Positions 11,230 through 22,190 of a DNA stretch of 64,000 nt are shown here, piece by piece. Origin of the DNA: Lentimicrobiaceae bacterium (GTDB taxonomy: Bacteria > Bacteroidota > Bacteroidia > Bacteroidales > JALOCA01). Within the stretch, counting starts at the first letter, position 1, and each line of letters opens with the position of its first letter. The notes below the pieces were generated by a model. The model was not told where the DNA came from. It searched no databases and saw nothing but the letters and a program-made list of their open reading frames with translations. Location: contig JALOCA010000006.1 in NCBI GenBank assembly GCA_023227965.1, positions 16,998 to 80,997 of the forward strand. Reading direction: 5' to 3'. The position numbers were made by a program, and so were the translations under genes.

Positions 11230-11237
11230 TACATTTG
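11230..11237 (+). promoter_or_regulatory. Bacteroidota sigma-A -7 box (TACATTTG) upstream of the signalling operon
   Basis: Matches TAnnTTTG, about 75 nt upstream of the 11314 ATG. Confidence 0.5.
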
Positions 11238-11313
11238 TAATGCGGTTATATTTATATCCTTTGAAGGAAATTACCAACAGGAATACTGATATTTAACGAT
11301 TAATAGTGAAGAA

Positions 11314-13341
11314 ATGACAGAAAAACAAAAATTTAATATTCTGGTAGTTGACGACAGGCCTGAAAATCTGCTTACTCTCGAAAGCATACTCGAAAGCCCT
11401 GAACTCAACATTTACAAAGCCTCCTCCGGAAACGAAGCGCTCGGATTAATGCTTGAACAGGATTTTGCCCTTATACTTTTGGATGTTCAAATGCCGGGAA
11501 TGGACGGTTTTGAAACCGCAGAACTGATGCGTAGCAGCGAAAGAACACGCAATATCCCTATCATTTTTGTAACAGCTATTAGTACCGAACGCAAACATAT
11601 TTTTAAAGGATACGAAAAAGGTGCGGTAGATTACCTTTACAAACCACTTGATTTGGAAATTCTTAAAAGTAAAATCAACGCTTTTGTTGATTTTTTCAAA
11701 CAACAGCGTGAACTTGAATTTACTACGAGACAACTGGAAAAAACGGTTTCAGAGTTGCACAAAGCCAAGGAAATTGCCGAAGAAGCCACCAAAGCCAAAA
11801 GTTCATTTCTGGCAAATATGAGCCATGAAATTCGTACTCCTCTCAATGGAATCATCGGAATGGCAGACCTGATTCTGATGGATAAATTAAATGATATTCA
11901 AACAGAAAGGGTGCATGACTTAAAAAATTCTGCAGAATCACTCCTCGAAATTATCAATGAAATACTCGACATATCAAAAATTGAAGCTGACAAACTTGAC
12001 TTGGAAGAAATTGATTTCAGCCTCAGAAAGGTTGTGGAAAAAGCAGTCCAGTTGCTTTCGGTGAAATCATTTGAAAAAGAAATAGAACTTATTAGCCGCA
12101 TTGCGCCCGATCTCCCTGATGTTTTTGTAGGCGATCCCTTGCGGATACGGCAGGTTTTGATCAATCTACTGGGGAATGCCATTAAATTTACCCACAAAGG
12201 ACAGGTAAAAATAGATGTTTGCAAAAGGCAAACCCTGGGGAAAGCCATTGAAATAGAGTTTTCAGTAATAGATACCGGTATTGGAATTCCACAGGAAAAT
12301 GTGGAAAACTTGTTTTTATCGTTCCGGCAAGCCGATTCGTCAACCACCAGAAATTATGGCGGAACAGGCTTAGGACTTACCATTTCCAAAAAAATTGTGG
12401 AAATGATGGGAGGAAGGCTTGAGGTGGAAAGTACCGTAGGTATAGGCAGTAGATTCTACTTCAGAGTGATACTGAATCAGGGGAAAATGGAAAGCCACGA
12501 AAACAAAAATATTTTAAACTATTTGGAAAACAAAAAAATACTTCTCCTCGACGATAATGCTGATGTACGGAATGTTGCTTCAGAAATTTTGGATTCCCTG
12601 AAAGTAGATCATAAAGAAGTCGCTTTAGCACCCGAAGCCCTGGAAGAATTGGTGCTGTCGTCCGGGAATAAAACCCGCTATGATATATTGTTAATTGATA
12701 GCCAAATGCCCAATATTGGTGTTTTTGATGTTCTCGAAATTTTTAAAAATGAAATCAATAAGGAGTATATTCCTGAAATGGTAATACTTACAACTAATAA
12801 TTCTGCCGTTGATATCAACAGATTTCGCGAATTTGGTATCCGCAACTTTTTAAGTAAACCGTTACTTACTTCCGAAATGCTTCGTCTGTTCAACAGACTA
12901 CTCAACCCGGATACGGTTACAGAAACTACTGCAGAATCTGTCGAAAAAAAGCCCGTTGCTTCAGGTAAAAACAGAATATCCATACTTATTGCAGAGGATC
13001 AACCAATTAATCGAAAAATTATTATTGGGTTGCTGCAAAAAAAAGATTGGGAGATTGTAATAGCCGAGAATGGAGAGGAAGCCCTTGAAAAAGTAAAACA
13101 ACGACAATTCAACGTAATCCTGATGGACGTACAAATGCCTAAAATGGATGGGTTCGAATCCACGCAAAAAATACGGGAATACGAAAAAGCGTTGGGCATT
13201 CACACTCCCATTATTGCAATGACAGCTCACGCCATGAAAGGTGATAAAGAAAAATGCCTTGCTGCCGGTATGGATTACTACATTTCAAAACCGGTTGATT
13301 CGAAAGAACTCTTCGATATAATCGAAGTATCTGTACAATAA
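11314..13341 (+). CDS. Cytoplasmic hybrid histidine kinase, REC-HisKA-HATPase-REC-REC
   Basis: ILVVDD...LLDVQMP receiver; [15 protein letters not shown]-box; [23 protein letters not shown]; two C-terminal receivers. Confidence 0.92.
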   Translation: MTEKQKFNILVVDDRPENLLTLESILESPELNIYKASSGNEALGLMLEQDFALILLDVQMPGMDGFETAELMRSSERTRNIPIIFVTAISTERKHIFKGYEKGAVDYLYKPLDLEILKSKINAFVDFFKQQRELEFTTRQLEKTVSELHKAKEIAEEATKAKSSFLANMSHEIRTPLNGIIGMADLILMDKLNDIQTERVHDLKNSAESLLEIINEILDISKIEADKLDLEEIDFSLRKVVEKAVQLLSVKSFEKEIELISRIAPDLPDVFVGDPLRIRQVLINLLGNAIKFTHKGQVKIDVCKRQTLGKAIEIEFSVIDTGIGIPQENVENLFLSFRQADSSTTRNYGGTGLGLTISKKIVEMMGGRLEVESTVGIGSRFYFRVILNQGKMESHENKNILNYLENKKILLLDDNADVRNVASEILDSLKVDHKEVALAPEALEELVLSSGNKTRYDILLIDSQMPNIGVFDVLEIFKNEINKEYIPEMVILTTNNSAVDINRFREFGIRNFLSKPLLTSEMLRLFNRLLNPDTVTETTAESVEKKPVASGKNRISILIAEDQPINRKIIIGLLQKKDWEIVIAENGEEALEKVKQRQFNVILMDVQMPKMDGFESTQKIREYEKALGIHTPIIAMTAHAMKGDKEKCLAAGMDYYISKPVDSKELFDIIEVSVQ

Positions 13342-13380
13342 CTTATCTATGGGTATTGTTGCATTTTATGACACAACATT

Positions 13381-16300
13381 ATGACGAAAACACAACAAAA
13401 GGCAACCGGCGGTGGAAAGCCCCGGAAAATATTATTTTTTGAGCCATCCCTCCATATAGGTGTGGGGAAAGGTTTGTTTATCTGGTTTCTGCTTATTTCA
13501 TTCATACCCTTGGCTACGGTTAGCTACATCAACTATATGAATGCGTTTAAGGGACTTACTATCGTAGCTGAAAAATCACTGGTTACCACTTCCAAACTCA
13601 GGGCTGAAAACATCAATACCTTTTTTACCGAAGTTGAAAATTCGCTGTTGCTGCAAATAAAACTGGAGTCGAATGCCGACTTCTTTTCAAATTTATACAA
13701 TGAGTTTGAAAAAAGCGGGAAACCTGCCGGTGTGTTTGTTACTTCTGATTCCTGGAATTCTCTTACCACCCAAAAAAGAAAAGAACTTGCCGAAGTCCGT
13801 GATATCAACGATTATTATGATTTCCTGTTTATTGATAAAGAAGGAAATATTCTCTTTTCTCTCAACTCTGATAATGCGTTAGGAAAAAATATAAACAATG
13901 GCACTTTGTCGCAAACCCTTTTTGCAAAAACCTGTAAAAAAATCCTTGCTAACGAGCAACCTGCTTTTTCCGATCTTGAAAAGAAAGAAAACGCCACCAT
14001 TTCCGGAATGCTGGGAAATATAATAAATGACCCGAACGGAAATGTGTTGGGAGTATTAGCCATTGAAATTACCATGGGGCAAATCAACAGGATCATTCAG
14101 GATGGAGTGGGTTTGGGCGAAACGGGTATAGCTTTCGTTATAGGCGAAGACAGGAAATTGCGTTCAGCTACACGTTTTGAAGGAGAAGATGTTATTCTTA
14201 CCAAAACAATTAAAAACGAAAATGCCAAAAGATGGGAATATTCGTTGAAAAAGCTGCTTTATGGTGCCGATTTACGCAACGAACCTTATATTGACGGAAA
14301 GGTTTCGGCATATGCCAACAATGATAATATTTGGGTATATGGAATCATTCGTACCATAACCTCACTCGAAAAATTAGGTGTTCATTGGGCTGTTATTGAG
14401 GAAATCAATCATTCTGAATCGTTTGCAAATACCAAAGAACTGGCACGAACGGTAAAAATATCTATTTTTATTACTGTTTTTGTAGTTTTTATTATTGCTA
14501 TTATTGTTACCAAACGATTTGTCAACCCGCTTAAAGAGTTGTCTGCCTGGGCAAAGCAGGTAGCCCGTGGAGAATTGGTTCAGAAAAACATACGTGCACC
14601 CCGCAACGAGGTGGGCGAAATGAAAGACAGTTTCAACCGTATGGTAAATTCTATTCTAAAAATAGCCCTGGTGAGTAAGGATATTGCTTTGGGAGATTTT
14701 GATAAAAAAGTGGAAATACACAGTGACCAGGATGTGTTAGCCATATACATGAACCAGATGATTGACAGCTTCCGCAGCGTTGTTGCGCAGGCTAATTCTA
14801 TTGCAAAAGGGGATTTTTCTGCCAATATTTCGCCCCGCAGCGAACATGATACTCTCGGCATTGCATTATACGATATGACCCGTACTTTGCGCGACAATAC
14901 CAAAACTCTTTACGAACAGGATTGGCTTAAAACCGGACTCAGCGAAATGAGCCAGCGGATGAGCGGGAAAAAAGACTATAACGAACTTGCCAACGAAATA
15001 ATTTCATTCCTTGTACAATACAACAGTGCGCAATTAGGATTATTTTATAAAGCTTCTGAGAATAATACTCTTACTTTAGAAGCTACTTTTGCATTTTACG
15101 ATAAAGACAATAAATACAAAAATATCAATTTCGGCGATGGTCTTGCCGGGCAAGTAGCCCGTGAAAAAAAAGCCCTCGATTATATTAATGAAAACGATAA
15201 CCTTCCGACTCTCAACCTGGGAATAGGTGAAGTAATTCCTTCCTATTTTTATGCTGTTCCATTTAGCTATGAAAATGAACTTGCAGGGGTTATTCAATTG
15301 GGTTCGATGACAAGATTTACCGAATTGCAGATTGCTTTTCTCGATTCGTGCATGGAAAGAGTGGCTGTTGCAGTAAACGCCGCCCAATCCCATACCAAAC
15401 TTCAGCAATTGTATCTTGAAACACAGGAGCAAAAGGAAAAACTACAGGTACAGCAGGAAGAACTCAGGCAAACCAACGAGGAACTGGAAGAACAAACCAA
15501 AGCCTTGCGCATTTCGGAGGAAACCCTGCAGGCACAGAAAGAAGAACTTAGTGTGGTAAACGAAGAACTGGAAGAACGTACACGCGCCCTTGAAAGAGAA
15601 AAAGATAAAATAAAAGTTAAAAACTCGGAACTGGAAAAAGCAGGACAGGAAATTGAAAAAAAAGCCCGCGATTTAGAACAGGCAAGCCGTTACAAATCGG
15701 AATTTCTGGCGAATATGAGCCATGAACTACGAACCCCTCTCAACAGCATCCTCGTTTTATCCCAATTAATCGCCGATAATTCCAAAAAAAATCTCGAAGA
15801 AAAACAAATTGAATTTGCCAAAACCATACATTCATCCGGCACCGACCTGCTGACACTGATTAATGAAATCCTTGACCTATCGAAAGTTGAAGCCGGTAAA
15901 CTGGAATTGAACGTCGAAAAAATTTATATCGGCGACCTTGTAGTCCAACTTGAAAAAACTTTTAAGCCCGTAGCCACCAACAAAAAACTCGATTTTACCT
16001 GTACAATTGCTCCTGAAATTCCGGAAACAATAGAATCAGATTGGGTAAGAATACATCAGATTTTAAAGAATTTATTATCCAATTCGTTGAAATTTACAAA
16101 TAAAGGTAAAGTATCTCTCGAAATCAGCCGACCTAATGCTTCACAAAAACTCAATAAGAAAGGTCTTACTCATCAAAATACCATAGCTTTTAGCGTTTCC
16201 GATACCGGTATCGGAATTCAGAACGACAAACTCAAACTGATTTTTGATGCCTTCCAGCAAGCTGATGGTACTACCAGCCGAAAATATGGAGGTACGGGTC

Positions 16301-17742
16301 TCGGACTCAGTATTTCAAAAAACTTTGCCGACCTTCTTGGCGGAGAAATAACGGTAGAAAGTAAAGAAGGTATGGGTACAATTTTTACACTTATTCTTCC
16401 CGAGAAATGCATATTGCCTCCAAAAGAAACTTCGGCTGCCCTTGTGAAAACTGAAGAAAAGGAAAAACCTGCCTCCGTTTTTTCTGAAATTGTTGTTGAA
16501 AAAGAAATTAAAGAAGGTAAGCCGCAACTTCCAGAAGTCCATGACGATAAAAGCACTATACGGAAAGGGGATAAGGTGATGCTAATTATCGAGGACGACC
16601 TAAATTTTGCCCGGGTTCTTTACGATCTTGCTTCGGCAAAAGGATTCAAATGCCTTATCGCTCCTGACGGCGAAACCGGACTTCATTATGCAATTATTTA
16701 CAAACCAAGCGCAATAACCCTTGATATCGGACTCCCGGGCATTAACGGATGGGAAGTAATGGATACCCTCAAATCGAGCTCCGAAACCCGCCATATCCCC
16801 GTTTATTTTATTTCTGCTTCCGATAAAAACGTCAAAGCGTTAAAAATGGGTGCAATAGGATACCTTACCAAACCTGTAAGCCTTGATCAGCTTAACAAAG
16901 CCTTCGAAAAAATCGAAAAATACATCTCCAACACTACAAAAAAATTGCTGATAATTGACGACGAAGCCATCATAAGAAAAAGCATTATTGAGTTGATAGG
17001 AAGCGAAGGTGTAGAAACTACTGCAGTAGAAAATGGCAATGAAGCTTTTGAAATACTTAAAAAAGAAACCTTTGATTGCATAATACTCGACTTGGGGCTA
17101 AAAGATATGTCGGGATTTGACCTGCTTGAACAAATCCGGAAACAGGACGAAATGGCAGAAATCCCGGTAATTGTATATACTGGTAAGGAACTTACCCATG
17201 AAGATGAAGAAAAACTGCAGAAATATGCTGACAGCATTATCATAAAAGGAGCCCGTTCTCCGGAAAGGTTACTTGCCGAAACAAGCCTTTTCCTGCATCG
17301 CATGGAAGCCAGCATGCCCGAAAAAAAACGGCAACTACTTAAGTTAGTACATGATAAAGATGCAGTTTTTAAGGGGAAAAAAATACTCATCGTGGATGAT
17401 GACATGCGAAATGTTTTTGCTCTTACCAGCGTATTAGAGGCAAAGGAAATCAGAATTATGGTGGGGAAAAACGGAAAGGAAGGTATTGAAAAACTAAATG
17501 CGAACCCTGACGTTGACCTGGTGCTGATGGACATTATGATGCCGGAAATGGATGGCTACGAAGCCATGCGAACCATTCGCAAGGACAGTAAATTTCTTAA
17601 ACTGCCAATTATCGCCCTCACCGCGAAAGCCATGAAAGATGACCGCGAAAAATGTATTGCCGCAGGTGCCAACGATTATATGACCAAACCCTTCGACACC
17701 GAAAAGCTGCTTAGCCTTTTGCGCGTGTGGTTGTATCACTGA
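13381..17742 (+). CDS. Membrane hybrid sensor kinase: TM-Cache-like-TM-HAMP(s)-GAF-coiled coil-HisKA-HATPase-3xREC
   Basis: Two hydrophobic segments flank a periplasmic domain, followed by HAMP-like repeats, a GAF-like region, the QQEELRQTNEELEEQ coil, MSHELRTPLN and three receiver domains. Confidence 0.9.
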   Translation: MTKTQQKATGGGKPRKILFFEPSLHIGVGKGLFIWFLLISFIPLATVSYINYMNAFKGLTIVAEKSLVTTSKLRAENINTFFTEVENSLLLQIKLESNADFFSNLYNEFEKSGKPAGVFVTSDSWNSLTTQKRKELAEVRDINDYYDFLFIDKEGNILFSLNSDNALGKNINNGTLSQTLFAKTCKKILANEQPAFSDLEKKENATISGMLGNIINDPNGNVLGVLAIEITMGQINRIIQDGVGLGETGIAFVIGEDRKLRSATRFEGEDVILTKTIKNENAKRWEYSLKKLLYGADLRNEPYIDGKVSAYANNDNIWVYGIIRTITSLEKLGVHWAVIEEINHSESFANTKELARTVKISIFITVFVVFIIAIIVTKRFVNPLKELSAWAKQVARGELVQKNIRAPRNEVGEMKDSFNRMVNSILKIALVSKDIALGDFDKKVEIHSDQDVLAIYMNQMIDSFRSVVAQANSIAKGDFSANISPRSEHDTLGIALYDMTRTLRDNTKTLYEQDWLKTGLSEMSQRMSGKKDYNELANEIISFLVQYNSAQLGLFYKASENNTLTLEATFAFYDKDNKYKNINFGDGLAGQVAREKKALDYINENDNLPTLNLGIGEVIPSYFYAVPFSYENELAGVIQLGSMTRFTELQIAFLDSCMERVAVAVNAAQSHTKLQQLYLETQEQKEKLQVQQEELRQTNEELEEQTKALRISEETLQAQKEELSVVNEELEERTRALEREKDKIKVKNSELEKAGQEIEKKARDLEQASRYKSEFLANMSHELRTPLNSILVLSQLIADNSKKNLEEKQIEFAKTIHSSGTDLLTLINEILDLSKVEAGKLELNVEKIYIGDLVVQLEKTFKPVATNKKLDFTCTIAPEIPETIESDWVRIHQILKNLLSNSLKFTNKGKVSLEISRPNASQKLNKKGLTHQNTIAFSVSDTGIGIQNDKLKLIFDAFQQADGTTSRKYGGTGLGLSISKNFADLLGGEITVESKEGMGTIFTLILPEKCILPPKETSAALVKTEEKEKPASVFSEIVVEKEIKEGKPQLPEVHDDKSTIRKGDKVMLIIEDDLNFARVLYDLASAKGFKCLIAPDGETGLHYAIIYKPSAITLDIGLPGINGWEVMDTLKSSSETRHIPVYFISASDKNVKALKMGAIGYLTKPVSLDQLNKAFEKIEKYISNTTKKLLIIDDEAIIRKSIIELIGSEGVETTAVENGNEAFEILKKETFDCIILDLGLKDMSGFDLLEQIRKQDEMAEIPVIVYTGKELTHEDEEKLQKYADSIIIKGARSPERLLAETSLFLHRMEASMPEKKRQLLKLVHDKDAVFKGKKILIVDDDMRNVFALTSVLEAKEIRIMVGKNGKEGIEKLNANPDVDLVLMDIMMPEMDGYEAMRTIRKDSKFLKLPIIALTAKAMKDDREKCIAAGANDYMTKPFDTEKLLSLLRVWLYH

Positions 17743-17759
17743 AAACCATCCTTGTTTTC

Positions 17760-18605
17760 ATGAACAAAGAATTACATAACGAAACACTCAATATTGAAAT
17801 AAATCTTCTCCTCGAAGCTATTTACCAGCGTTACGGATTTGATTTCAGAAACTATTCCAAGGCACATCTCAAGCGTCGTCTGCTCCATCGCCTGGGACTG
17901 TCGGGACTGAACAATATTTCAGAAATGCAGGGGAAATTACTACATGAAGAAAATTTCATCCATACCCTTTTAAGCGATCTTTCCATCACGGTTACCGAGA
18001 TGTTTCGTGATCCGGAATTTTATAAATCTGTGCGTAATCATGTTTTCCCTTCATTAAAAACCTATCCTTTTTTCCGGATATGGCATGCAGGCTGTTCCAC
18101 CGGTGAAGAAGTGTATTCCATGGCAATAATGCTTATGGAAGAAGGTTTATACAACCGGGCGCAAATTTATGCTACTGATTTTAATCATAAGGCGCTGCAG
18201 GTTGCTAAAACAGGAGTGTATTCTGCGGAACATTGTAAAGAATATGGCAACAATTATCAGAAAGCCGGAGGGAAAAAAGATTTTTCCGATTATTATGCAT
18301 CAACCTACAACTCCATCATCCTTGATAACGACTTAAAACGAAATATTGTTTTTGCTGAACATAACCTTGTAATTGACAGCGATTTTACCGAAGTAAACCT
18401 GATAGTATGCCGTAACGTGCTCATTTACTTTAATAGCAAATTGCAAAACGAGGTGCATCTGCTTTTCCTGAAAAGTTTAATTAAAGGAGGTTTTTTATGT
18501 CTTGGCTCTAAAGAATCAATACAGTTTTCCAAATCGGCTTCTTTTTTTACTGCAGTGGATGCAAACCAGAAAATTTACCAGAAAAAATATGCTGTTTCAG
18601 ATTAA
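17760..18605 (+). CDS. cheR: Protein-glutamate O-methyltransferase CheR
   Basis: YGFDFRNYS, ITVTEMFRDP, IWHAGCSTGEEVYS, CRNVLIYF. ATG at 17760 preferred to the GTG at 17727. Confidence 0.92.
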   Translation: MNKELHNETLNIEINLLLEAIYQRYGFDFRNYSKAHLKRRLLHRLGLSGLNNISEMQGKLLHEENFIHTLLSDLSITVTEMFRDPEFYKSVRNHVFPSLKTYPFFRIWHAGCSTGEEVYSMAIMLMEEGLYNRAQIYATDFNHKALQVAKTGVYSAEHCKEYGNNYQKAGGKKDFSDYYASTYNSIILDNDLKRNIVFAEHNLVIDSDFTEVNLIVCRNVLIYFNSKLQNEVHLLFLKSLIKGGFLCLGSKESIQFSKSASFFTAVDANQKIYQKKYAVSD

Positions 18606-18614
18606 TCCTGTACG

Positions 18615-19187
18615 ATGAAATATAAAGCAGTGGTTATCGGTTCTTCAGCAGGGGGGCTGGATGCACTTAAAGTTTTACTTACCACTTTACCTGCAACATT
18701 CAGGCTACCGATACTTATCGTACAACACCAAAGTCCGCATTCGAATAATTTTTTATCACGTTACCTTGATGAAATAGCGATGGTTAAGGTGAAAGAAGCC
18801 GATGAAAAAGAAAAAATAAACCCCGGAATAGTGTACCTGGCACCGCCAAATTACCATATGCTGGTGGAAGATGACGAAACCATTTCCCTTTCGGTGGAGG
18901 AAAAGGTTAACTATGCCCGTCCTTCTATTGATGTATTGTTCGAATCGGCTGCTTATGTATTCAAAAGTTCACTCATCGGTATCGTTTTAACCGGAGCCAA
19001 CAACGACGGTAGCCTGGGGCTGAAAACCGTTAAAGACTTTGGCGGGCTTACAATAGTTCAGGATCCGGCTACTGCTTATGTAGATACTATGCCCCGTTCT
19101 GCCATCAACTCCACTTCCGTTGACCACATTTTGCCCCTCGAACAGATAGGAAACCTGTTGGTAAAACTTTCGGCAGTGAGGGGCTGA
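18615..19187 (+). CDS. cheB: CheB-type methylesterase (catalytic domain only, no receiver)
   Basis: GSSAGG (Ser), IVQH (His), RPSIDVLF, LTGANNDG (Asp): catalytic triad intact. Confidence 0.92.
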   Translation: MKYKAVVIGSSAGGLDALKVLLTTLPATFRLPILIVQHQSPHSNNFLSRYLDEIAMVKVKEADEKEKINPGIVYLAPPNYHMLVEDDETISLSVEEKVNYARPSIDVLFESAAYVFKSSLIGIVLTGANNDGSLGLKTVKDFGGLTIVQDPATAYVDTMPRSAINSTSVDHILPLEQIGNLLVKLSAVRG

Positions 19188-19302
19188 ATAATTGCCCGGA
19201 ATCACTCCCGCTTTAAGAGAATCTACTTTTGTATCCGTTTCGGCATGGTAACAAAATGTCCAGCCGTTTTACACATAATCCTACTGTCCCGGTGGAAGGT
19301 TT

Positions 19303-20562
19303 TTATAAAAGACTCATGAGTAGATATATATTCAGGTAACTGACGATCAGACCTATTACCAGTAACAAGCCTTTTAAAAATGTTGAATTGGCATATTTTC
19401 CCATCACCTTACGTGAAGAAGTAAGGTAAATCTGCAGAAAAATAGTAAAAGGCAATTGTATACTCAGTACCATTTGCGAGATAATTAACCCTTTATATGG
19501 ATTGCTGATAATAAAAATGATAAGCAATGCCGAGAACAACGAAACAAACACGCCCGACCGGCTGTGGTTGTCTTTTATGTCGTAGGGTTCGCTGAAAAAT
19601 CCCGAAAAAATGCTGCCGCCTGCCATACCGGAAGTTACACTGGAAGCCAACCCCGAAAAAAGCAAGGCAACGGCAAAAATAACGACAGCAATATTGCCCA
19701 AAAGTGGCTTTAACATGGCATTGGCTTGCTGCAGTTCGGTAACCTGCAATTTGTGTTGGAAAAACGTGGTTGCAGCCATCAGTATCATGGCACTATTTAT
19801 TGCCCATCCTACCACCATGGAAAAGAGTGTATCGGCAAATTCGTACTTCAGTTGTTTATTTTTAATGCTTTCGTCATGCAGATTCCATTGACGGCTTTGG
19901 ATCACTTCCGAGTGGAGAAACAGATTGTGAGGCATAACCACGGCTCCCAGTACACTCATCACGATGATAATGGAGCCATCAGGTATGGTAGGTGTAATCC
20001 ATCCGGCTATCGCTTCTTTCCAGGAAATGTCCACCAGTGTCAGTTCATAAATAAATGACAATCCGATGACAGATACAAACCCAATAATGAATTTTTCGAG
20101 TCGGCGGTACGAATTGCTGAACAACAGCCATACGACAATACTAAAAACAATAACCGCCCCGATTTTTACAGGGATGCCAAAAAGCATATTAAGCGCAATG
20201 GCTCCGCCCAAAATTTCGGCAAGAGAAGTTGTTGTGGAAGCCATCATAGCCGATATAAGTACCGAACGCGAAACCCAGCGAGGCGTGTACAGTGAAGCTG
20301 CTTCCGCAAGACAAAGTCCTGTGGCAATTCCCAAATGGGCAACATTATGCTGTAATACAATAAGCATTAATGTACTAAGCGTTACCATCCACAAAAGTGT
20401 GTACCCGTAACCGGATCCGGCAGCAATGTTCGATGCCCAGTTACCGGGGTCAATAAACCCCACGGTTACCAATAAACCCGGACCTATGTATTTAAAGATC
20501 TCAAGAGCTCCGTAAGCAGGCTTATGATCGGTACGGCGTAAATCCTTGAAAAATTTCAGCAT
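19303..20562 (-). CDS. mntH: Nramp-family divalent metal (Mn2+) transporter
   Basis: GFIDPGNW and AVVMPHNLFLHS Nramp signatures; multiple transmembrane segments. Confidence 0.9.
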   Translation of the reverse strand: MLKFFKDLRRTDHKPAYGALEIFKYIGPGLLVTVGFIDPGNWASNIAAGSGYGYTLLWMVTLSTLMLIVLQHNVAHLGIATGLCLAEAASLYTPRWVSRSVLISAMMASTTTSLAEILGGAIALNMLFGIPVKIGAVIVFSIVVWLLFSNSYRRLEKFIIGFVSVIGLSFIYELTLVDISWKEAIAGWITPTIPDGSIIIVMSVLGAVVMPHNLFLHSEVIQSRQWNLHDESIKNKQLKYEFADTLFSMVVGWAINSAMILMAATTFFQHKLQVTELQQANAMLKPLLGNIAVVIFAVALLFSGLASSVTSGMAGGSIFSGFFSEPYDIKDNHSRSGVFVSLFSALLIIFIISNPYKGLIISQMVLSIQLPFTIFLQIYLTSSRKVMGKYANSTFLKGLLLVIGLIVSYLNIYLLMSLL

Positions 20563-20593
20563 ATTTTTTTCAGTGCTTTGCAGGTTAAAAACA

Positions 20594-20612
20594 AATTTAA
20601 CCTGGCTAAGTT
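20594..20612. promoter_or_regulatory. Candidate DtxR/MntR-type operator overlapping the mntH -7 box
   Basis: 19-bp imperfect palindrome AATTTAACCTGGCTAAGTT overlaps TAAATTTG (minus strand, 20592-20599). Confidence 0.5.
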
Positions 20613-20661
20613 CAGAAAAATTTTTGGACTTACTCTATAATTGCTGTTCTTCTGCTTTTCG

Positions 20662-20669
20662 TACCTTTG
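20662..20669 (+). promoter_or_regulatory. -7 promoter box (TACCTTTG) for cca
   Basis: TAnnTTTG consensus, with TTG about 19 nt upstream. Confidence 0.55.
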
Positions 20670-20687
20670 CAGACTTTATTCCAAGGC

Positions 20688-22103
20688 ATGAATCTTAAAA
20701 AACATCTGAAGCATCCTGTGTTTTCCCTTATTAGCGAAGCAGCAGCCCAAAACGGCAACCCGGTGTTTGTAGTGGGTGGTTTTGTACGCGATATTTTGTT
20801 GCAACGCGAGTCGAAAGATATTGATATTGTGGTGGTGGGCGATGGGATAGCCCTTGCACGAAAAGTTGCCGAATTGGCAGGTAAGAATAAAAAAGTGAGT
20901 GTATATAAAAACTTTGGTACTGCCATGTTACATTATGACGAATGGCAGATTGAATTTGTAGGCGCACGAAAAGAATCCTATCGTACCGATTCCCGCAAAC
21001 CGGAGGTGGAAAAAGGAACACTCAACGATGACCAGCAGCGTAGGGATTTTACTATAAATGCCCTGACTATAAGTTTGCAAAAAAGTACTTTTGGTAATTT
21101 GCTTGATCCTTTCGGAGGTATTGACGATTTAAAAAATAAAATCATCCGCACGCCTCTTTCTCCCGGAATCACATTTTCCGATGATCCTTTGCGTATGCTC
21201 AGGGCTATTCGTTTTGCCACACAACTAAGTTTTACCATTCACCCGGGAACCTACAATGCTATCAGAACCAATCAGCAGCGAATAAGCATACTTTCTCAAG
21301 AGCGGATTTCGGAAGAGATGAATAAAATAATTCTTTCACCGAAGCCGTCGGTAGGAATAAAAATGATGGATGAAACCGGTTTGCTCGAAATCGTTTTTCC
21401 GCAGTTTACGGCACTCAAAGGTGCTGAATTTATTGATGGCAAAGGACATAAGGATAATTTTTACCACACGTTGGAAGTCCTCGACACGTTGGCATTGCAA
21501 ACCGATAATTTATGGTTACGTTGGGCAGCCCTGCTCCACGATATAGCCAAACCTTTGACAAAACGGTACGATACCACACTGGGCTGGACATTTCATGCCC
21601 ACGAATTCAGGGGCGCCAAAATGGTTCCCGAAATTTTCCGGCAGATGAAACTCCCCCTGAATGAAAAAATGAAATACGTTCAGAAGCTGGTTCAGTTGCA
21701 TTTGCGACCTATTGTGCTTTCGGAAGAAGAAGTTACTGATTCTGCAGTACGTCGTTTGCTGTTTGATGCCGGTGATGATATTGACGACCTGATGTTGCTT
21801 TGCGAAGCCGATATTACCTCTAAAAATCCGGAAAAAGTAAGACGTTATTTTGCCAATTTTGAAACTGTACGGCAGAAAATGAAGATTATCGAAGAAAAAG
21901 ACCGCATAAGGAACTGGCAGCCGCCCATTACAGGAGAAATGATAATGGAAACCTTTGGATTAAAACCCTGCAAAGAGGTAGGAATCATTAAAGATGCCAT
22001 TAAAAATTCCATTCTCGACGGAAAAATAGGCAATTCCTTTGAAGAAGCTCGTACACTGATGCTGGCTGAAGCCCAAAAATTAGGGCTAACGCCCTTAAAA
22101 TAA
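20688..22103 (+). CDS. cca: CCA tRNA nucleotidyltransferase / poly(A) polymerase family with HD domain
   Basis: VVGGFVRDILL..DIDIV, RRDFTINA, FSDDPLRMLRAIRF, LLHDIAK. Confidence 0.88.
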   Translation: MNLKKHLKHPVFSLISEAAAQNGNPVFVVGGFVRDILLQRESKDIDIVVVGDGIALARKVAELAGKNKKVSVYKNFGTAMLHYDEWQIEFVGARKESYRTDSRKPEVEKGTLNDDQQRRDFTINALTISLQKSTFGNLLDPFGGIDDLKNKIIRTPLSPGITFSDDPLRMLRAIRFATQLSFTIHPGTYNAIRTNQQRISILSQERISEEMNKIILSPKPSVGIKMMDETGLLEIVFPQFTALKGAEFIDGKGHKDNFYHTLEVLDTLALQTDNLWLRWAALLHDIAKPLTKRYDTTLGWTFHAHEFRGAKMVPEIFRQMKLPLNEKMKYVQKLVQLHLRPIVLSEEEVTDSAVRRLLFDAGDDIDDLMLLCEADITSKNPEKVRRYFANFETVRQKMKIIEEKDRIRNWQPPITGEMIMETFGLKPCKEVGIIKDAIKNSILDGKIGNSFEEARTLMLAEAQKLGLTPLK

Positions 22104-22190
22104 TGAAAAGTTTGTTTTCGACAACATTTTTTTTCGTAACTTTAAAACCGGATTTCTTGTATTTTTGGATGTTGAAATTTTTGAAAGGGA

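Noticed and set aside
20563..20660. yybP-ykoY (Mn) riboswitch upstream of mntH
   Set aside because: The predicted leader is only about 25 nt and no riboswitch consensus is visible.
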